Of a stretch of 28,122 nucleotides of DNA, positions 22,214 to 28,122 are shown piece after piece (within the stretch, counting starts at the first letter, position 1; every line of letters begins with the position of its first letter). The stretch comes from Eremomyces bilateralis CBS 781.70 (taxonomy: Eukaryota): NCBI GenBank assembly GCA_010015585.1, contig ML975169.1; one strand, given 5' to 3'. A model generated the notes under the pieces. It did no database searches. It was not told where the DNA came from and was given only the letters and a program-made list of their open reading frames with translations. Both the position numbers and the translations under genes were made by a program.

Positions 22214-22365
22214 CTTGATGAAATGTAGAAGTCAACGCGTACGATCAATTTCTGAAAACAGATTAGCGATAGCCTTTCCGGATCAAGCACACTTAGCGAT
22301 GGGAGTTCCCTCACCTATATCATGATTTGATACTCGACACATCCACACAAACTATGCAGGAGTCT

Positions 22366-22502
22366 CTCAGACGGCAGTGGTGCCCTCTGCCTTCAAGGCG
22401 CATGATTGGTCAATATTTAGTGGCGTGTGCTAAAGAAGAGGCTGGGCTTCATTGGGTATAGCGGAGCCCCATAATGGCCAGGGGGCACCATTGCCGCCTG
22501 AG
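22366..22502. repeat. Right subterminal inverted repeat (24-bp arms)
   Basis: CTCAGACGGCAGTGGTGCCCTCTG (22366-22389) versus reverse complement of 22479-22502, CTCAGGCGGCAATGGTGCCCCCTG: 21/24, all differences transitions. Confidence 0.88.
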
Positions 22503-22539
22503 TCCCAACTGAGATAAGACCTTCCCTGAATCAGTGACG

Positions 22540-22591
22540 CAAGGCACCAAGGCATCAAGGTATCAAGGCATCAGGGTATCAAGGCATCAAG
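22540..22591 (+). repeat. 8-bp tandem repeat CAAGGYAT x6.5
   Basis: CAAGGCAC CAAGGCAT CAAGGTAT CAAGGCAT CAGGGTAT CAAGGCAT CAAG. Confidence 0.9.
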
Positions 22592-22866
22592 CTAGCTGTC
22601 CAGGAAATTAGCCAAAGTTCAGCCTTACTGCCTGAGGCGGTAGCTGACCAAATGCTTAACGTTCATTGATTGGAGACGAAGTGACGACTGACTACAGCGA
22701 AATCCAAATAACAGTCACAAAATTCCCACACTCATAGTCATTGAAATGAGTTAATTCGACTGATCTCTATATATCTGGATGGAACACTTCCATTGAATGC
22801 ACCCGTAGAAGCTGCAAGTGGTCCATTGGATTTCCTTCTTTCCTTGTGCACCTCCAATTGCTCAAT

Positions 22867-24047
22867 ATGGCGTCTCTCCGATTCTGTGCTCCTGTCATTC
22901 GAAGCGTTGCTCGTGTATCACACCGTAGATTCGCTTCTGCTACCGCGCCACTCACTTCCCCCAGACACCTACTATCAATCGCAGATCTAACTCCGGCGGA
23001 GTTAACCACCTTGGTCCTCAATGCCGCGAGTCATAAGAAGACTATCAAGTCGGGAACCACCCCCAAGAACATCGCGGGTGCGTTGACCGGGAAGCTGGTA
23101 GGTATGACGTTCAACAAACGAAGTACGCGGACAAGAATTTCAACCGAGGGAGCCGTGGTAGCGATGGGTGGCCATCCGATGTTCCTAGGAAAAGACGACA
23201 TACAATTGGGCGTACGTGGACATCCTTCCCAGAGCACTCTATCCACTCTAACAGTGAAGGGTAGGTCAATGAGAGCTTATACGACACGTCGGTGGTCATG
23301 TCCAGCATGATGTCGTGCATAGTCGCTCGCGTGGGGCCCCATAGCGACGTCGCCGATCTCGCGAAGCATTCCAGCGTCCCCGTCATCAATGCGTTGAGCG
23401 ACTGGTATCATCCTCTCCAAACCATCGCCGACTTCCTCACCCTCCACGAAGCATTTCCTTCCGACAGAACCTTCCCCGTCGGCCTCGACCTGGCCGGACG
23501 GAAGATCGCATGGGTCGGGGACGCGAACAATGTGTTGTTCGACCTGGCGCTTGGGGCGGTGAAATTGGGCGTCGACGTCGCCGTGGCCACGCCGAAAGGA
23601 TACGGCATACCCAAGAGCATGCGCGACCTCATTGCCGCTGCTTCAGAACCCACCCCGACGCCTGGCAAGATCACCGAGCACGACGACCCCTTGGAGGCGG
23701 TGTACAATGCGAATATCTTGGCGACGGACACGTGGATTAGCATGGGCCAGGAGTCGGAGAAGCAGAAGCGCCTCAGGGATTTCGCTGGCTTCCAGATTAC
23801 CGAAGAGATGGGCAAGCGAGGCGGTGCCAAGCCGGACTGGAAATTTATGCATTGCTTGCCGAGACATCAAGAGGAGGTGGCGGATGAGGTCTTCTACGGG
23901 AGTAGGAGTTTGGTCTTCCAAGAGGCGGAGAATCGGCTCTGGGCTGCAATCGGTACGTTCTGGTGGATTCGAACCCAAAATCTCTATGCTAACAATGATT
24001 TAGCGGCCATTGAAGCGTTTGTTGTGAACAAGGGGGAGATTCGATGA
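22867..24047 (+). CDS. argB: Ornithine carbamoyltransferase, mitochondrial precursor
   Basis: Introns 23212-23264 and 23953-24003; motifs KRSTRT, INALSDWYHPLQ, WVGDANN, TDTWISMGQE and FMHCLPR; N-terminal presequence. Confidence 0.97.
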
Positions 24048-24194
24048 GTTTGAGTGAGCGGTCGGTTGAATAGCAAGCGTTTGCCTTGCACGGATCATGG
24101 GAATAAGCGATTCATTTTTTCAGAAAAGCGTACTTAGACACAAGCCTGTTTACAAAGATATCCCATTGCACTAGTTGCCGAACAAGAGAAAATT

Positions 24195-25238
24195 TTAACC
24201 TGGGGGTAGGGTGCTCTGGTCCACCACATCTTCCGCCTCCTTCTCTTCCACCTCCGGAGCGTACAGGGGTGATCTGGGAAGAGCCATAAGTCCTAGCAAA
24301 ATGCGTTAGCAGAGTTCAGGGAATATAGCATAGCAAAGAGAGGAACCAGACTTACCAGTCCTCGAGCTTTCTAAAATGCCGAACGGCTGGATCAGCTTCA
24401 TGAAGCTGTTGATTCTGCTTGGCTTCGCGCTCAATTCCACAATACAGTTATTCGTCGAGATATCCACGACCTTCCCACCGAACTGGTGAGCGAGATGGGT
24501 GATCGCCTGCAGATGCTCATGTTTATGCCTCAACGCCTGACTGGTCGCCAGCTTGCTGGGATGATAATCCTGCCGAAGCGACTCTATTGCCCGTATGGAA
24601 GCTTCTTCATTTACCGCTGCCTCGCTCCCATCAAGGCCGCTCCCCTCATCTTCGGTCGCCTCCATCGCCATTTCCCGATGGTGAGCCAACAGTTCTTCGA
24701 AGAACTCCGGGCCCAGAATGCTGAGCTTCGCGAGCAGCAGCTCACGCTGGACCAGCGGTGCTTCCGTGTAGTCCAGAACCGCCCACACCGGCACGAGGTC
24801 CTCGAGCTGCCGTCGCGCCTGCTCGACCACGCCGTCCTGGCCTTGCAGCACGATGGTCATGCGGGACAGGTCTTCGACCTCGGTGTTGCAGACCACGAGG
24901 CTGTCAATGTTGAAGCCCCGCGCGGCCAGGATTCCCGACACGCGGGAGAGGACGCCCGGCTCGTTTTGCACGAGGCAGTTGAGAACATGGCGTTGGCGGG
25001 GCGCTTGGGAGGGGAGGGGGGTTTCGTAGAGAATCGAGGAGACGGCCGCAGGGGCGGACCATGCTGGAGGGCTGTCGGCAGTGGGGAGGGGAGAGATGCG
25101 TCGGTGCAGGGCTTTGTAGGCCAATGCTGAGGTGGAAGACGAGCTTTCCCGAGCCTGGTTGAAGAGGATGGTAGTTTGCGGTGAGCGAGATGAGAGGACT
25201 CGGCCGCTGAGGCGTTGGATCGCCCGCCGAGCAGCCAT
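24195..25238 (-). CDS. ILV6: Acetolactate synthase small (regulatory) subunit
   Basis: ATG at 25238 (MAARRAIQ...); ACT domain HVLNCLVQNEPGVLSRVSGILAARGFNIDSLVV; intron 24293-24355; final exon GLMALPRSPL...TLPPG*. Confidence 0.96.
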
Positions 25239-25382
25239 TGGGGCTACTGCGGCTCCTCTAGAGAGCAATTGTATAGAGTATGGGGAATGTAGCGGTCGAA
25301 TAAGAATATTGAAGAGGAAAGACTCTGGTTCGTGAAAGAGGAGCAATAAATAAATTATGAGTCGTTGAGTTCGAATTAGATC

Positions 25383-25388
25383 GAGTCA
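25383..25388 (-). promoter_or_regulatory. Possible CpcA/Gcn4 core site (TGACTC) upstream of ILV6
   Basis: GAGTCA on the + strand ~145 nt upstream of the ILV6 ATG, with a related ATGAGTC nearby. A short motif, so weak evidence. Confidence 0.35.
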
Positions 25389-25640
25389 CAAGTCGTTAAA
25401 CAACGACGCTTGTGATTGGCTGAAAGCAACCAGGGACCTCCGGCTGCGGAGTGTCCAAAAAATCCATCCCTCACCAGCTTAGTACGCCCGAACTCTATCT
25501 TCATCGCGAACTTCCCATCTACCTTTACCCTCCTCATTCATAGTTTACCGATCGCCTCGTTTGCTACTTTAGATGGTCTCAACGCTCCCATACTGACCTA
25601 CTCAGTACTTCAGCCCGCTCCGGCACAACCAAACATCAAT

Positions 25641-27692
25641 ATGGCTGACGAACCCCGTAAACGATCGCGATTCGACCAGACCGAGGCCGAACCAAAGCGC
25701 TCCCGTTTTGATCGCCGCTCGCGTTCACCTCCCTCCCGAACCTCCACCCGGGATGTCCGAAGCCGTAGTCCCCTTCAGTCAGGAGCTCGAGATATTGGTA
25801 GCGCTAGTCCCGCTGCAAAGAAAGACCCTGGTGCCGCCGCCGCAGCTGCAGCTGCTCGAATTAACGCACAGATTCAGGCGCGCAAGGCTACAGAGATACA
25901 TAACACAGGCGACGTATGTCCTGATTCGTTGATCAGATATGCTAACGGCATACCCCCTTTCTTGTCTATCAGTCGCTAACTTGACCTCAACAGTCTGCGA
26001 CCCCACCCTCCGAGCAATCCGCCGTAGTAAAAGCGCCAGTGAACAAGGCTAGCGCGAGCGTCCCCGGAGATATCTACACGCAAGATGGCGATTACATCAA
26101 GGATATCGAGATCAACGATCTCCGTAATAAATACACGCTGACCAAGGGAGCTACTCAGAAGATGGTAAATACTTTTGCTGTTATAACCAGCTGATCGTCC
26201 AGGACGGTTTCTGACTCGCCAAAAACCCGAAGCACACTTCCAACTGCTGTCGCGACGTTTTGACTGTCGCTCAGCAAGTATTTTCTTTTCTGTATTTCAC
26301 GTGTGTTCGGAGAAATGCTCACCAACCATCTGTTCTAGCTATATTTCCCACCCGTTTGGCTGATGCTGACCTCACCTGTGTGACATCTAGATCAAAGAAG
26401 AAACTGGCGCCGGTACGCACATTCACTGTCTAACCGTTTAGTGAGCTATGCTTATGCAAGTGTGAAGATGTCACAACCCGCGGGGAATACTATCCCGACA
26501 AGAGCTTGGCTACTGCTGCTGTAAGTTTGTCAGCCTGATATATTTGAGTACTAAGCTAACCACCGCTCTAGAGCCCCCCACTCTACCTACACATCACGAG
26601 CCTTAGCAAAGAAGGGCTAGAGAAAGCCATTGGGAAGATCGATGAGTTAATGAAGCAGGAGTTGCCCAACTTGGTGGACGAGCGACGTCTCCGCCGCCGC
26701 GAGCCCGACCCGGTTGAGCGTGACGAGCTTGGAAGGGTATCCATTATCTGTTTAATATTTGTCGACGAGCTTGCTAATTTGTATAGCGTAAATGGCCGGA
26801 AGAGCGTATCCCAATTGATCTTGAACCCATCCCTGGATTCAATCTCCGAGCCCAGGTCGTCGGACATGGTGGAGCTTACGTCAAGCACATTCAAGGCGAG
26901 ACGCGGTGCCGTGTGCAAATCAAGGGCCGAGGATCGGGGTTCATCGAGCACAACACCGGCCGAGAAAGTGACGAACCGATGTACTTGCATGTTGCGTAAG
27001 TATCAAGCCCCCACCAAACCATAACTGCGGTCCTGTTAACATCCTATAGAGGGCCTGATGCAAACGAAGTTCAGCGCGCGAAAGAGCTCTGTGAAGATCT
27101 TCTCGACAACGTCAAAAAGCAGTACGAATCTTTCAAGGAGCGTGGCGGTTCCCAATCTCACGGCAACTATAACGGCCAGCGTAGCTACGGCAGCTATGGC
27201 AGTCAGGGTGGACAAGGCGGACAAGGCGGACAAGGCGGCCATGGTGGACACGGCGGCCACAGAGATGCCCAGTCGCCTCCCCAAGCTGCCGCCGCTATGT
27301 CACCTCCTGGAGCTGCAGCTAGCACCTCGAGTGCCGACTACGCCGCGCAATATGCCCAGTACTACGGCGGGCAAGACCCTTATGCTCAGTACGGCGGCTA
27401 TCAGAACTACATGACCATGTGGTATCAGTACTACGGCCAGGGCCAACCGGCACCGGATGGCACACAGCCAGCTGTCGGGGCAGGGTCTGTCGCACCTGGA
27501 ACCGGTGCTCCTCCCCCGCCGGTTGAGCAACCGCCTCCTCCGCCTCCTGGAGCACCGGGAATGTCAGCACAGCCTCCACCGCCGAGTGGGAACCCGCCGG
27601 GTGGATATAGTGCGGTTAGTGGAACGATACACATTTGCTGAGGTGAAATACTGACAAGCCGTTACAAGGTTCCACCGCCGCCCGGAATGTAG
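25641..27692 (+). CDS. KH-domain RNA-binding protein (KHDC4/Blom7-like)
   Basis: Eight exons: 25641-25913, 25994-26164, 26391-26412, 26468-26520, 26572-26736, 26787-26995, 27050-27614 and 27669-27692. Motifs KDIEINDLRNKYTLTKGATQ, TGADVTTRG, PPLYLHI and VVGHGGAYVKHIQ...VQIKGRGSG; RS-rich N-terminus and Pro-rich tail. Confidence 0.9.
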
Positions 27693-27961
27693 ATCAGGTG
27701 ACTTGAGACGAGCTATCAAGGGGCCGACTTCATCAGGTAATATCGATGCGACAGACGCAGATGGTATACCATTCACATTGCACCCCTTTTCCACCGTGAA
27801 TGTTTCTGGTCTAGGAGCAACGCTGGAAAAGCGTGCGTTGGGTTTCAGTATTTGTGGTATTCACGCGCACGGGCCGACAATGAGTCTAATTAGTTTATTC
27901 TCTGTATTGTATAAGTGGCCTATATTGGCTTGTTTAGTATCTTCCCATGATGCCATCATCA

Positions 27962-28122
27962 CTAAACCCTTTCAGCGCTTTGCGTACTTTCTGAACCTTC
28001 ACCATGCTTCTCCCCTTCCACGTGCACAGCGCCAGGTTTCTCATCGTGATGGTCTTCAATGATGTTCCCATGAATGTCAATTTCGCGCCGATATACCGCG
28101 ACATCGTCTGTGTCGCCAAAGA
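27962..28122 (-). CDS. 3' end of a probable MFS sugar transporter (partial, runs off the window)
   Basis: A frame not in the ORF track reads FGDTDDVAVYRREIDIHGNIIEDHHDEKPGAVHVEGEKHGEGSESTQSAERV*. FGD.D.VAVY resembles fungal sugar-porter C-tails. Confidence 0.55.
   Translation of the reverse strand, partial: FGDTDDVAVYRREIDIHGNIIEDHHDEKPGAVHVEGEKHGEGSESTQSAERV

Larger units (their letters stand above)
20171..22517. mobile_element. TIR DNA transposon carrying a RecQ-like helicase remnant (non-autonomous, internally deleted)
   Basis: Left end TTATCTCAGCTTGGGCTCAGACG versus reverse complement of right end TTATCTCAGTTGGGACTCAGGCG (19/23, first 9 identical). Flanked by the exact direct repeat GACCTTCC at 20163-20170 and 22518-22525. 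Contains a helicase fragment and an assembly gap. Confidence 0.85.

Noticed and set aside
21876..22314. ORFs spanning the N run
   Set aside because: Artefacts of the assembly gap.
22540..22591. CRISPR-like or telomeric array
   Set aside because: Simple 8-bp tandem repeat without spacers in a eukaryotic context; not TTAGGG.
22867..25238. argB plus ILV6 as an amino-acid biosynthesis cluster
   Set aside because: Different pathways and convergent orientation; adjacency alone is not evidence of a functional cluster.
27934..28119. 61-aa minus-strand ORF in the track
   Set aside because: A different frame, ending at 27962, better resembles a transporter C-terminus.

Overview
Filamentous ascomycete (Pezizomycotina-type) genomic DNA with short GT-AG introns and CTRAY branch points. 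About 1-8 kb is an accessory block. It holds a disrupted NACHT-ankyrin (fungal NLR) gene followed by a same-strand tandem array of four small Cys/His-motif paralogues sharing MC-x8-CG[HC]-x8-C-x11-13-C-x13-16-CPx[CH]...A[DQ]WE. Three copies are intact; one is absent from the ORF track because it has a GTG start and three in-frame TGA codons. About 8-28 kb is mostly conserved housekeeping genes: UPS2/MSF1 PRELI protein, SCP2-type thiolase, COX18, ALG11, a Tag1/DUF3712-like protein, ornithine carbamoyltransferase, ILV6, a KHDC4-like KH protein and the 3' end of a probable sugar transporter. This block is interrupted at 20171-22517 by a TIR DNA transposon with a perfect 8-bp target-site duplication, fold-back subterminal arms and an internally deleted RecQ-like helicase. 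The element spans a 265-N assembly gap. All family assignments come from motif recognition, not database searches.
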